NCBI GenBank assembly: GCA_030324005.1
Contig: JARDVH010000001.1
Span: 102,774,539-102,838,538 of the forward strand
From: Negaprion brevirostris
Lineage: Eukaryota
Direction of reading: 5' to 3'
Length of the DNA: 64,000 nucleotides
This document shows, in pieces, positions 1 through 12,735 of the stretch (within the stretch, counting starts at the first letter, position 1; each line of letters starts with the position of its first letter). A program made the translations under genes and the position numbers. Below the pieces are notes generated by a model. That model was not told where the DNA came from, did no database searches, and saw only the letters and a list, made by a program, of their open reading frames with translations.

Positions 1-202
1 AAAGGACATTAGTGAACCAGATGGGTTTTTCTGACAATCGACAATGGTTTCATGGTCATCAGTAGATTCTTAATTCCAGATTTCTTTTATTGAATTCAAA
101 TACCACCATCTGCCATGATTGGATTCAAACAGCATCCGAATAACATTTGCTGAGTTTCTGGATCAATAGTCTAGCGATAATGCCACTAGGCCGTCGCCTC
201 CC
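1..202 (-). mobile_element. tRNA-derived SINE, 5' part (family carrying a CR1-Zenon-like LINE tail); truncated by window edge
   Basis: Minus strand begins GGGAGGCGACGGCCTAGTGG (A-box-like) with a degenerate B-box; the body matches copies at 28843-29250 and 55270-55582. Confidence 0.75.
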
Positions 203-506
203 CTGTGAGCCCACAGCCTTCCATAGAAAAATCACCCCTCTTAAGTAGATTCAGAAATTTCTAAAGTTAAAAGTGAACAGAAATGAACAACGGGCCTGGC
301 ATTTTTCACCTCCGCAACATGGATACAGGAAACATTGCCCACTATTTTGTTGCTATAGAGACAACTCAAGTCAAACTACTCAGCAAACCAGCCCAAATCA
401 GTGAAAATATCATAGTAAACACTGACAGAGCAGCTGTCCATAAGGAAGCAGAATAGGTGTACCTCAGGTGCACTATCTGCTCTGCAATGGCTTGAAGGAA
501 CAAATA

Positions 507-660
507 TTTGATTTGATTTATTATTGTCACATATATTAGTATACAGCAAAAAGTATTGTTTTTTGTGCACTATACAAACAGAGCATAGAGAAGGAAATTA
601 AAGTGCGGAGTGTAGTGTTACCGTCATAGCTAGGGTGTAGGGAAAGATCAACTTAGGTCC
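507..660 (-). mobile_element. LINE 3' terminal fragment (Rex1/Babar- or L2-like, clade uncertain)
   Basis: Minus strand ends GTGACAATAATAAATCAAATCAAAT: poly(A) signal plus a short tandem-repeat tail. Confidence 0.45.
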
Positions 661-1309
661 ATTATTGAATTAAAGCATTGTTAGAGAGTTTAAAAGAGTT
701 AGAACGAAGTTTGAGGAACATAGAATTTGAAGGTATGCTGCGCACAACTTGCAAGAAGTCACCTTGCTCCAGTGCCATCTTGGAAAACCTCTTTTTGCTT
801 TGGACAAGCTGCAACAGTGTGAGACAGACAACAGCTGCTTCACAGGAACCTCCATACGGAATATCCCAGGAGTTACTTATTGTTGTCTTATAATCCACAA
901 TTATATTAATATTTTAAAAAACAGAACAAACTACTAAACATTATCTGTTCTCACTAAGTGAAGACCATGCAATAAATCAATTATCAGTTACTGGTTTCCA
1001 GGTTTTCTAAGTATTTCTGATGTCAGCATGCTGCCCAGAATTTATATCATGTACTCAGAATTGTGATAAATGCACTACAGAAAGAAACTGCCCTGAATGA
1101 AGATTCTGCATTGCAGTTTGCACTCGAGGACAAAGGAACTGGATTGTACAGTATTATCAATCAGGCATTGCACTGCTGCATAACATTTCTGCCTTCCTGT
1201 TAGAAATTAGAAACACCATAACCTTCCAAATTAGCCACAATATCAGATATAAAATAAACATTTTATGGAGCAGGAAAGTACTAGTGCATTAATTGTACAA
1301 GGCAACAAC

Positions 1310-1720
1310 AACAACAACTTGCATTTACATAGCATCTTTACACAGCATAAACATCCCAAAGCACTTCACAGCAGCATTATCAAACTGAATTTGACAGGGG
1401 GTTACATTTAGGGGTACATGGACAGAAGACAGGGAATTTATTTAAAGGAGAATAGAAAGGTAGGGAGGGGATCCAGAGCTTAGGGTCCATGCTGCAGAAG
1501 GCATGGCTGTAAATGGAGGAGCAAATAAAATTGGGAATGGTCTAGAAACCAGAACTGGAAGAATGTAACTATTTCAGATGATCATAGGACTGGAGCAGGT
1601 TACATAGATAGACAAGGGCAAGGCAATGGATGGATGAGAATTTTAAAATTGAGATATTGTCAGACCAAGAGTGAACGTAGGTCAGTGAGAGCATTTCAGA
1701 GTTTTGGATGAATTGGAGGG
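1310..1720 (-). mobile_element. L2-like LINE 3' end
   Basis: Minus strand ends ...GTGAAGTGCTTTGGGATGTTT...ATGCTATGTAAATGCAAGTTGTTGTTG; similar tail at 12210-12400. Confidence 0.65.
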
Positions 1721-2501
1721 GGGAGGCAAAAGCATGTTTGAAGAATATGCAGGTTTGTTAGCAAGCCAACAGAAAATGTAAAAGCAATCACTATCTCTTT
1801 CCTATTGCTTGCTTGTTGATACTTCCTTTATGATAGCATAATCCAAAACTAATTATTTCAGTGGTAATTTGTTTTGTTCCTGATGACTTGAGGGTAAAGA
1901 ATCTGTTTAATGGGGAGACTGGAATACATCTTAAGTGACAGCACAAGGATAAAGGCAAGTTAACTCCCCTTGTAAGATCACAGCATAGCTTAAATTCAGG
2001 CAACAAGTGGAGGTTTGTCTCCGTTACAATGTTTCGTTTTTCCTTGCTTTCAGTTGGTGTTTCAGTTTTGCTATGGAATTTTACAATCAGGTACATATTT
2101 CCGTAATAGCATCAAATTCAAGGAATCTAATTGCCTACTACACTGAGATCAAAGTGATTTGAAAATCAATGGTGACATGACGCTTGGCTACATTTTCCTG
2201 TAGTCAGTTGATGATGTGTAAGGGCAATGTAATATTTAATCATTCAAGGCCTTACTGAGAGAGTTAGGCATTATCAAAATGCAAACTGATCTCTCGACAA
2301 ATTGGTGCTTATATTTATAATTGCAAAAATGGAATGCCTCATTAGACAGAATGTTTAATGCCACTATTAATGGCATGACTCAAGAAATTGGGATTTTTCA
2401 CAATCTCCTCATTTTCAATGTGTTTCTGAAAGTGGAAACTGCCAAATGCTTATTCAAGGTATTGGAGAAGGATTTTCCTTGATTAATGGGCTTGTGTCCT
2501 T

Positions 2502-2632
2502 GGGTGGAATTTTCCGGCTGTTCACATTGGCAGGATTTTCCGGTCCCGCGGCAGTGACTGAATGCAGTGGCTGAGTGCCAAATTCTCGGTTCTCACTTGC
2601 AGCAGAGAGTGAACGGTCAGAAAATCCTGGCC
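2502..2632. mobile_element. Harbinger-type MITE
   Basis: Imperfect TIRs GGGTGGAATTTTCC / GAAAATCCTGGCC; retains CpGs. Confidence 0.6.
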
Positions 2633-2832
2633 AATGTTCATAATTGCCTGCCACAACAGCAGTGTCCTTCGCCCTTGAGACCCTTTGTTCCTCAGTATGA
2701 TATCTGATCATAATTAGGATGCTATTTTAAAATCCCTCTATCAGGATAACCATTTGTAAGTTCTACAAGAGGGATCTTCGTAGATCCCGTCCAGCAATCA
2801 AAGGCCATGCATTTAACTTGCTCAAATTCAAT

Positions 2833-2957
2833 GGGTAGAATTTTACAGTTCCATCACTGCAGCGATGAAGATGGAAAAATGCTGTGAGCCAAAGGTCCAT
2901 TGACATTGGTGGGACTGAACAGTCCCGCTGGTGGAAGGGGCCATAAAATTCCCACCC
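2833..2957. mobile_element. Harbinger-type MITE with 3-bp TSD
   Basis: TIRs GGGTAGAATTTTA / TAAAATTCCCACCC; flanked on both sides by AAT. Confidence 0.7.
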
Positions 2958-3827
2958 AATGCTGGTTTGGGCAGGACTTCCTCATGCATTCCTGAATTTT
3001 TGGTGGTATACATCGGATATGAACGCAATATTTAAAATAACATTTTTAGTGTTCATAATCTAAAAAACTCTAATCCAATAACATGGAAAATAAATTTGAT
3101 AAGCTCTCCTCAGTAGTTTGTCTTTTTTGACCATTTTAACCTATTAGTAATTTTCCCAAAAGGAATAAAAATTCAACCTCATCCAAATTGAATTTCGACA
3201 CTGATGGTGAGTGTTTCAGGTGATCAAAGCTTTGCTCCAAATTAGAGTCAGTATTTGAATTAATACTGCCACTCACATCATCCAATTTCAATATTTTCCT
3301 TTCAAGCACGAACTGCCCGATCTCTCTTGAAAAAGGGAAATAGGGTTCCAAAGAGGAGAAAGAGAAAAAGAGAAGAATGAATGCAAAGATAAAAAGAAGA
3401 AACAGGAATGCAGAAGGATCCCACCACTGATCTCTTTTTACTTTTGCATTCACATTTCCGTTTTTCGCCTGACAACTTCCTTGTCCATTTGAATTTTAGC
3501 TAACACTACTCCATGCCTGTTTCTTCCATTTTTGAGTCAGTATCAACATGACTGGCTGGAATTTGAATGATTTGGACTTCTTTGCTTTTGGCCTTATAGT
3601 CACCCTACTTGCTTATCTACAGTTACTAGTTCCACAATAAATATGCAGCCCAGTGTCCTTCAACCTGTTCTACAAACATTTTGGCAGAAACATGGCTGCA
3701 ATTATTTATTCTACAAGAAAAAACATTGATTGATTTCTTTTAAACCATTTTGGTGATCAATTCACCTCCCATTTTGAATTCATTCATTTCCAAGATTTCA
3801 AATCATGGACAGGAGCCCTTCAATCTG

Positions 3828-4400
3828 TTACAGATAGGGGAAGAGATAGTGGAATGGTTCCCCTTCTTTCCCACTTCTGGACCCACTGATGACAGATGAG
3901 TTTTAAAAGACATGTTTTAATGTCCTAAGTGCTGTGACTGCTAAGAACAAACAATAACAAGGACTTTTTAATAAGTTTTCAAAAAGATGGATAACTCAAC
4001 ACCTGAAATGCATTCGCAACAGCATCTACACACAGATACACACACAAGAAAAGATGACCACAAACGAATCTTACGTCTTAAAAGTCCAATTGCACTCTCT
4101 CAAGGTGATATGTTGCAGGCCTGTGATTTATTTTTGGTCCACTGAAGGAAGGAGGCTCAAAGCTTATTGCTTTCAGAGGCATGTTGCCCTGACTTCACTC
4201 CAGTCAAAGTGCAGTCCAACTCCCACTGGGAAAACCTGGTTTGATTCCTCAATTTACTAGGTACAGGCCACTCCAATTCCCTGCCTTCTAATAGCATTCA
4301 GGCAGGTCCTCTTCCTTTGCTGTTCTCAATCTTTCCCTTATTGCTTCTCCAAAAATGTGTCTTATTAAATACCCCTCATTCAAAGCCAGAGCTAATGAGA
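3828..4400 (-). mobile_element. solo-LTR-like fragment
   Basis: Minus strand ends ...TGTAACA, preceded by a GGGAACCA..CCTCT..CCCC motif resembling the ends of the LTR-like copies at 24.85-25.73 kb and 36.18 kb. Confidence 0.4.
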
Positions 4401-4419
4401 GATCCATGTTACCATTTTT

Positions 4420-5100
4420 CAGGAAGGCATTGCTGTGCCATGTGCCACGTGCCACTCAGGCAGTAGCAAGGCCAACAGCAATACCTCCCTAGAATCAAGA
4501 CCCCTGGAGTGGAAAAATCACATGTTGTAAGCTGCCAGCCAATCAGAGGGCAGTAGCTCTTGTGCTAAGCAGCACCATTGTGGAGGGGGTGGCTGCTGTT
4601 GCCAGAGGGACAGGCACTGGATCCCAGGATCACCTTGCAAAGCAGGCCTCGGGAGGGTTGGGGTCACAGGGTGAAGGGTCAGCAGTAAGAGCAATAGGGT
4701 GGTGCCTAGCAGGTCATCTCTTTCATTGTGTCAAGCTGTTTGATCAGGCACTCGATCAGCCATTGATTGAAGGACACCCCTTCTGCCACTCCTGGAGGTG
4801 TCAAATTGACCATGCAGTTTTAGCTGTCACACATTCTGCAGGATGACAGACCTGTCTGCAGCTGAGTTAATACCAGCAGTGGCTACATGGGGCCCTTAAA
4901 GTGGTCATTAGTTGGCCACTTAAGGGCCTGAATTAGAGGTGGGGCAGGAAGTTTGAATGTGGGTCTTCCTGCCCAGAACCTAATTCTGGCAGAAGCAGGA
5001 AAGTGATAGGATTCAGGCAGACCAACATCCCACCAAATGAAATGCCCTTCCTACCTCCCAGCCTTGCTGCACAAGATTCTGCCAAAAGTATAAACTTTTG
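4420..5100. mobile_element. degenerate long MITE / non-autonomous DNA transposon
   Basis: GC-richer block with GGCCCTTAA..TTGGCCACTTAAGGGCC and GCTGCCAGCCAATCAG motifs, also seen at 38.07-38.73 kb and 52.2-52.4 kb. Confidence 0.45.
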
Positions 5101-6294
5101 ATTGTTCTTACAAATGGCCTCTGACAGTCTGCCCATTGCCACACAACAGTATTGGAGTTTCACCTATTCACATATCCTTATGATAGAATGGGGGTTTTTC
5201 CACATTCGTTCTTTGGAATTCCACTCTGAAACCGAGAGAACTGAAGGTCCATTGTGAACCAGTTTCTGCAATTATTTGGACAATGGCAGTCATTAGTCCC
5301 CATAAAGACATTTTAATGTCTTCTCCAGACATGCAGGCCTAGCTTCTAGGTCCTTGTGTGGATCCAAGTATATTGGTAGAAGAGAACACTTGACCTCTCA
5401 ACTTCATTTAGTTTCAAAAGTGAAGTGTCCACTTTTAAGTAACGTAAAATGTTCATTTTGAATAAATCTGTCAGTTCATATTGTGTGAGCACATCAATTT
5501 CCTGCCTGCATGTTGGCAAGTAGCCAACAGAACTCATTGTGAGCTTACTGAAACTAATTAAAAGAGGCCAACAGAAGCCCGTTTAGCAGCTTGGGGGTGA
5601 ACTCCCAGCTACAAGGCTGGCAATCCAGTAAAGCTTTGAGACTCTCCCCACCTGTTTGGATGCAGGAGCCACTATAGGCCCAACTATAAAGGAGTTTCTC
5701 CCCCAAAGTGGTTTACATAGGATTGGTTGCAAAATGCATCTTTTAAATTGAGTTTAAAGGGTTGAAGAGAGGGAACCTTCAGCTTGAAGCATCCTGTCCT
5801 TTACTTGTCCTGTCTTTTCTAAGCTAGGCTTCTCATTGGCCTTCCAGTCTGCTGCCCTTTATTGGCTGACAAACCCATCTCCAAGTGAATTAAGGGACAG
5901 CCCCTTAATTACAATGAGAAACTGTTACCCCTGAGGGTGGGATCAAGACTCAGAGACTTCCTTCTCCCAGAGGGAATAATCTGTTTACGATCTCTCAGCT
6001 GTCAGTCTAGCTTTTGAATTCTTAATCCAGTAACACAGCTACCACATGGAATATAGCCTTAGGCCCAGTTTGAATCTGTAAACTGATTTCTCAGTTGATA
6101 AGTTTGCCAATATGCCATCTTTCTTCAGCTGGTGTATCTTTGATTAAGCTTTTCCCAGTTAATAAACTCTTCTTTTTATTCCTTGGTAGTTTCCCTTCCT
6201 GAAATCATCGAAGCTGATTTACATGAGACAGTGAGGTTTCCCACTCACAAGCGTTCTTCACCTCAACAGTAGTGCAGCAGAACAGTCCCCTCCT

Positions 6295-6502
6295 ATGCCT
6301 GGAACTTGCTGCCGGGGAAGGTAGTGGAAAGAGATACGATACTGACTTTTAAGGAGCATCTTGACAAATACATGAATGGGATGGGAATAGAGGGATATGG
6401 TCTCTGGTAGGGTAGGGAGTTCTAGTTCACATGGGCAGCATGGTCGGTGCAGGCCTGGAGGGCCGAAGGGCCTGTTCCTGTGCTGTAATTTTTCTTTGTT
6501 CT
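6295..6502 (+). mobile_element. CR1/HER1 LINE 3' end
   Basis: End of ORF2 (WNLLPGKVVE..TFKEHLDKYM) and tail GGGCCGAAGGGCCTGTTCCTGTGCTGTAA. Confidence 0.85.
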
Positions 6503-8091
6503 TGACAAGATCAACTCAGCCATCCGGTAAACACTTCTCCTCATATTCAATGGTATTACAATTGTTCAGGCAAGATGTTGAAGAAGTAGTTGAACAGATA
6601 TCAGCCATTTTGTACTGGAACCAAATGTCATCATTACCACATCGAGTCCTTGGCCTTTACCCCATGGACATTCACTTCACTAAGTTACTTCATTGCAGTT
6701 ATGTAAATACTTGGCAAGATACCAATCTAGCTCCACTATACTTGCAACTTGCTGCATTGTCTGCAGATTCAGCACGGCTCCTACGCACAGAAGTGTAATA
6801 AAACAAGGAATTCTCACCAGAAGCTGGTAATTTATGAGAGTTATGGCACAAACGTAAAAGAATCATAACTCACAAACACCAGTGCCATGAATGTGCTATA
6901 AGTCTTCAATGCAAGTGAAAGATTCCAGGAACTGTGCGCTGTTGGTGATCTCTTCTGTTTGTTTAAGGTCCTGGTAGAAACTCAAGCGCATTTTTCAAAA
7001 AACCTCCACTTTGCAACACACTTTTAAAATTCTAAGATAGTTTCATTTAAATGTTAGACCAATCCAATTCTTCAAAAACCAAAACTTGAATATTTTCATT
7101 CATCCTCAATGCTGTGTTAGTCTCCATGTTTTTATTTGATTGTTCAGTTTGATGGTACACTAATAGATTCATTCTTTAATGCAGGTAATATGGCTGAAAT
7201 TCAAGCTGTAATATGATTGATGCAACAATCTGCGGAGAAGCAGAATATAAATTTGCAGTAAAATCATAGATAAACATTCAATTAAAATGACAATAATTGA
7301 TTAATAATAGGACTGAATTTGAAGTACTTTTATCAGTAATTTAGATTGGCCATTTACTGGAAGTGAATTATATTCTTAACACTTTATATTATCTGTACTA
7401 CACCCCAACTTGAAAGTAAAGTTATTATTTTGATTAAAAAAGCAAAATAGTAATATTTTATTCATTAAGCCTCAATCACTACTTTCTCTCAGGCACTCCC
7501 TATCTCTTCCTGTTTACCACCTTCTCCTACTTCACACCATCATTTAGATTTTTCTTTCCCCTTCACTTGGCCATTTTCCCTTGGCCTCCATCTTTTAGAT
7601 GATCTGTAGTTCTTGATCCACTCAGTACACATCACACTCTCTCTCTATGCCACTCCTCTCCCTTGCCGCCCTTCTCCCTGCTATCCCTCTCCTGAGTGCC
7701 TAGCTATGCTCTCCATCCACATTGTATTTCTCCCTATCATGTCCTTTCCCTGTTTCAAGTTGTCACCTGATCCTTATTTGGACCCAATGTTCACACAAAG
7801 GAGACTGATAGTAAATGCTACGCGTGCACCGTTCTAATGTGTAGTTTTAAAAATGCATTTGTATTCATCATTATTAAGCTGGAGTTACTTATTCCTCATT
7901 AAGATTAGCAATACTTTCATTTCTGTTTCTGCAGTCAAAAATTCTTGAACTATTGCATTGGTTTCACCACAATGTCAAAGACCATACTATCCTATTCCCC
8001 CATTCCTTCTCTCCCAATTGTTTACCCATTGGGTAAAAGCTTCCCAGGATTTACCTGGATGTTGTTGCTGGCAAAATAGAGAAAGAAAACA

Positions 8092-8515
8092 GACTTGCAC
8101 TTATGTAGCACTTTTCATAACCACTGGATCTCTCAAAGTGTTTTAAACCCAGGAAGCACTTTTAAGTACTGTTGTAATGTAGGAAACGCAGCAGCTAATT
8201 TGCACAAAGTGAGTTCCCACCAAGAACGATGTACTAATTATCAGAAATTTGTTAGTATGTCGATTGAGTGATAAAAATTTGCCAGAACACCGCTCCCCTG
8301 TTCCTGCTCAAAATAGTGCTATAGGATCTTTGACATCTACCCAAGTAGGAAGAAAGGGTCTCATTTAAGATCTAATCTGAAAGATAGCACTTCCAACACG
8401 ACAACGTATCCTCATTACTGCAGCAGAACACCAGTCTTGATCTTTGTTCTCAGATCGTGCAGTGAACCCAGAACATTGTGATTTGGGGGAGGCATGCTGC
8501 CAACTGAGTTATGTC
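8092..8515 (-). mobile_element. DeuSINE-like SINE (SacSINE1/AmnSINE1 superfamily)
   Basis: Deu-domain-like core (GGATCTTTGACATCTACC...TCTGAAAGATAGCACTTCC on +), tRNA-like head near 8460-8515, L2-like tail near 8092. Confidence 0.7.
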
Positions 8516-9916
8516 TGACCAGCAGCTTTCTGAGGCAGAACTTCCTCTCAGATTGTGGCAGAAGTCTCTCCTCAAGCTAATTACAGCCCAACAGCTGTTT
8601 AAAGGTTGCTGAGTGAGCCAGTCACCAGGAGGCAGGTTTGCATTTGTATTTTACGACCTCCACACACCATGTAAAACTCAACCCCAACAGTTGCTGCTGA
8701 GTGGTTTATAACTGCACTATCCAGCCATAGGGCTTGATAGGTTCTTGCCCTTGACATTGAACCTGTTTATGATATTTGCATTAGAAAGAGAAATTGGGAG
8801 GTATTTATTATACATTACTCTGTTTTACTAGAAAAACACAATACAAATCACTGTAACTCAAACTTAAAGGCGAATCTTGAATAGTCAAATGCATTGTATA
8901 ATAAATACTGTGGAATCTTGTGGTTTATGCAAAATCATCACATATTCCACAGTGTGTTCTTTATGTGTTCTGTCTCATTTTTGCATCGCAGTAAAACAAT
9001 GAGACAAAACTATATGGTTCATATTACACTGTCGCCACTTGACCCATTTTTTATCACGTTTATCATTGTAATTGCCTCGACAGTTTAATAAACTGGTCAG
9101 GGCTATACTTTGGGAAAGCCTTTGAAGTGAAAATACCAAAGGCACCTGTGTAGGGCCTTTGGCAATACTTCCAAATGGCTTCAGTCCCTGCTGGCACTAT
9201 CTGATCAAGATGTTACTTATTTTTCACAAACACAGGTGTTCAGGAGGCGGAATGAAGGGAGATACATTAATTACTGGATCTTAAAATTACGTGGATGTGC
9301 TCCATCAAAGAAGGTTTCTTTTACTGCCGATGCATGAATCTTGCTTGTGACAATATCAGATAAAGACAATATAATGGGATGTTGCCCATCCAATGTCATA
9401 CTTCAATGTGATTAACATTCCAGTATTATTCATCCAGCAAACAAAAGAGAGAAGGTTTGCGGTATATTTCTGCATCGGAACATTTTATATTGTGAGTCTG
9501 ATCAACAGTGTGTTCAATGGGACNNNNNNNNNNNNNNNNNNNNNNNNNNNNNNNNNNNNNNNNNNNNNNNNNNNNNNNNNNNNNNNNNNNNNNNNNNNNN
9601 NNNNNNNNNNNNNNNNNNNNNNNTGGGACTCAATAATGACTTTGATCTGGGATTTCAGTAACAGGCCAATGAAGTATTTCTTTCTTTTAGATCTCCTTTG
9701 TAAGATTTGCTGAAGTATTTAGGAGTAAAAGTTGGAGAATGATTTTTTAATAACAAACTTGGATCAAACATTTGGGATCCTGATGATAATACAGTACCCA
9801 AAGCAATCCTCAACATGTCGAAAAAATGGGACAAAAGATTCACAGCCAATCCCATACAGTCCCATCACCAATGATCCCTGGATTTAAATCAGGGATTTTG
9901 ATGGGCAATGTAAGGA

Positions 9917-10212
9917 TAAAGTTTCTTTATTAGTCATATCTAGGCTTACATTAACACTGCAATGAAGTTACTGTGAAAATCCCCTAGTCGCCACACTCTG
10001 GCACTTGTACAGGTAAACGGAGGGAAAATTTAGCATGGCCAATGCACCTAACCAGCACGTCTTTCAGATTGTGGGAGGAAAATTAAGCACCCAAAGGCAA
10101 CCCATGCAGACGCGGGGAGAACGTGTAAACTCCACACAAATAGTGACCCAAGCGGGAATCGAAGCCAGGTCCCTGACGCTGTGAGGCAGCAGTGCTAACC
10201 ACTGTGCCACTG
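9917..10212 (-). mobile_element. HE1/V-SINE-type SINE, tail type B
   Basis: tRNA head TGGCACAGTGGTTAGCACTGCTGCCTCACAGC, B-box TTCGATTCC, V-domain, tail CAGTAACTTCATTGCAGTGTTAATGTAAGCC..ACTAATAAAG. Confidence 0.9.
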
Positions 10213-11959
10213 CACCAGGATTACCCTGTGCCCAGTCCCATTAAGGCAAGCAGCAAGCAAACTTTGTTCAGTCTGTTCATCAACATGAGGACTGACTGGT
10301 TGCACGCTTGACAGAGGGCCTAGCAGCATGCACGACTAGCACAATACACAACTAATCTGTACCTAGTTTGCTACATCCATCAAATCGTTGCTGCAATGAC
10401 AGCAAGAAGTATTAAAATGCTACTGAACAACCAGCTCAAAGAAAATAGTAGGATATCTTTCACTGGAATAACAGAGTTAAAATATGCATGTTTTTATGAT
10501 GATGGAGGTCACTCCTGAAGGCAGCAATTTATATTTGTATACAGTTCCACCGACACTGATAAATCAGCTTAGATACATGGAAAGGTTAGCTATACATGAG
10601 ACACATCACGGCCAAGTGTAATGCCATCCTCAACCAGTAATTGCACACTTCCATTCTCATAGACCACGTATCTTTCAAGAGCAACTTAAGCCAATTTTTC
10701 TTACCCTAGCCTGAAGGTATTAATATCATTTGTACACTTCAGCTGAGATTAATGAATTGACCATAAACCAAGGATTAACTTGAACTGACTATAGAGCAAA
10801 GGTCAAATTTAGGATTATCCTGGGTGACTCAGCACCACGGCACACAATGCAATCAAAGACAGTACTATTGCACCCATGTAACTGATATTCTGAGTCTTGG
10901 GTTGGTGCAATGAATTGATGGCCTAGTCAGTGCTTTGTGGCATATAACCCATTCCTCATTACATTCTACTGAATCTCATTCTCAGCTATTCAACCTAGTG
11001 CCAGGGTGGAGTCCAGGTTTGACTCCACATCCAATTAGCAAGTGTCAAAGGAAGCCACTTGTCAGGTTGGTGTTGCATACACTTCAAACAGTCTATAATT
11101 ATCTGCCATCAAGAAATAATTTCTCACTGATATTGATTTTGGGGATTGTACAAACTGTAAAAGTAAAAGGCACGACATCCCTCCAAGGCAGTATGCTGTG
11201 ATTCACCTCCTCTCTCTTCATCTTATCATTTAATGCAAGCCACAATTATTAAAGCTTTTTTGAAGATGAACACAGTAAACCCTGGGTAGGCTGCTTAAAA
11301 TTGAAGAAGACTAACAAGTGCATTTTCATAACTCTCCCAGAAACTCTGTACTTTGTAGGTCAGATTCAAGGAGAGCATCATGTCGCCGTGTCTCTCTGTG
11401 GGATAAAACAACAGTGTCTATTTTAGCAGTCTGACATTTCAATTTAGCATTTTCTTTGTCTTACTGTCTGTGTGAGCCTGATTGCTGAATTTCAGCAGTC
11501 ATTGTGAAACTGTGGACAGTCGTGTGCTGTGAACTCGCTTTGATGTGCATCTGAGTGGCCAAGCCGTCATTCTATCTGTCAGACTCAATTTGAATCCAGC
11601 TTTCAGTTATGAAAGGACAAAATTCACTTTCCCTGTGCCATCCATCCCATTGAAAGATTCTCGTTAACATCAACCCAACCACAAAGTAATCTACCCATCG
11701 AAACTGAATATTTCTCTGACCAGACTGACTGGTNNNNNNNNNNNNNNNNNNNNNNNNNNNNNNNNNNNNNNNNNNNNNNNNNNNNNNCCCAGCATTGCCA
11801 GCCGGAGGTGTATTTTTTTCCGTGAAGAGGTCTATTTGACTGTCTTTTCAGTAACAGTAATATTTTACTACCACGCAAGATACTTAAAGCCACTGGAGGC
11901 CATTTTAATTCTTAATCATGTCATCTTAACTCTTCTGGCCAGGGAGATCCCACCATCGC

Positions 11960-12600
11960 CACTATAGTGTCCATTTGTTCTTTCAACAATTGTAAGTGGT
12001 TTCTTTCTTCAACTATTTCACCTGGAAGTTTTATTCGTGCATTTATCACTCTTTGTGAAAGGAGTTTACAGATATCCATTCTAAAAAGACCTCTTACTAT
12101 CCTGAACTTGTGCCTGCTAGTTCTATCCCACAATTTAATTTAGCCACTTTGTTTTATGTCTGACAGTCTAATGCACATCTCAGAAACCTCCTTTTAACTT
12201 AAAGCTGCTCCTGCCATAAGCTCTGGCATTCTCTCCTGAACACTATCACTTCTCAACATCTCTCTCCTCCTTTAAGACACTCCTTCAAACCTTCCCTATT
12301 TGATCATGCCTGTTCCAATATCTCTTTATTCAACTTGGTGAGAAATCCTGTCCAATAATGCTCCTGTGAAGTGCCCTGGGATATTTTGCTACATTACTGT
12401 TTGTACTGTTGTAAAAAGCCCTATGTTTTCCAATTGTCCCTCATTTCTTGAGCCTTTGCCATCAGGGATGAGCCACTTGGTTTTGCTCCACATTCCCTCC
12501 AGTACCTGAATATCTCTCTTGTTTCATGGTGCCCAGAAATGGGCACAGTATTCTAGGTGGAGTCTGGTCACAGTACTGTGCAGGTTAATCATTCTCTCTT
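11960..12600 (-). mobile_element. old CR1 LINE fragment interrupted by an L2 tail
   Basis: Minus-strand peptide SQRVINARIKLPGEIVE resembles the CR1 ORF2 C-terminus; LEYCAHFWAP-like motif near 12530-12560. Confidence 0.6.
12210..12400 (+). mobile_element. L2-like LINE 3' end
   Basis: CTCCTTTAAGACACTCCTTCAAACC...GCTCCTGTGAAGTGCCCTGGGATATTTTGCTACATTA. Confidence 0.65.
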
Positions 12601-12611
12601 CCGACTTATGT

Positions 12612-12735
12612 GGGCAAATTTTACCATCCCACCCACCACGGGAATCAGAGCGGCGAGGTGTAGTCCATGGAAAGGTCCATTGACCTCAGGCAGGACTTTC
12701 CAGTCTCGGGACGAGTGACCCTGAAACTCCAGCCC
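12612..12735. mobile_element. Harbinger-type MITE
   Basis: GGGCAAATTTTAC ... AAACTCCAGCCC; internal CCATTGACCTCAGGCAG shared with 63586-63699. Confidence 0.7.

Noticed and set aside
10590-11640. Possible ancient SINE (LF-SINE-like) remnants
   Set aside because: Similarity is too short and degenerate to support by eye.
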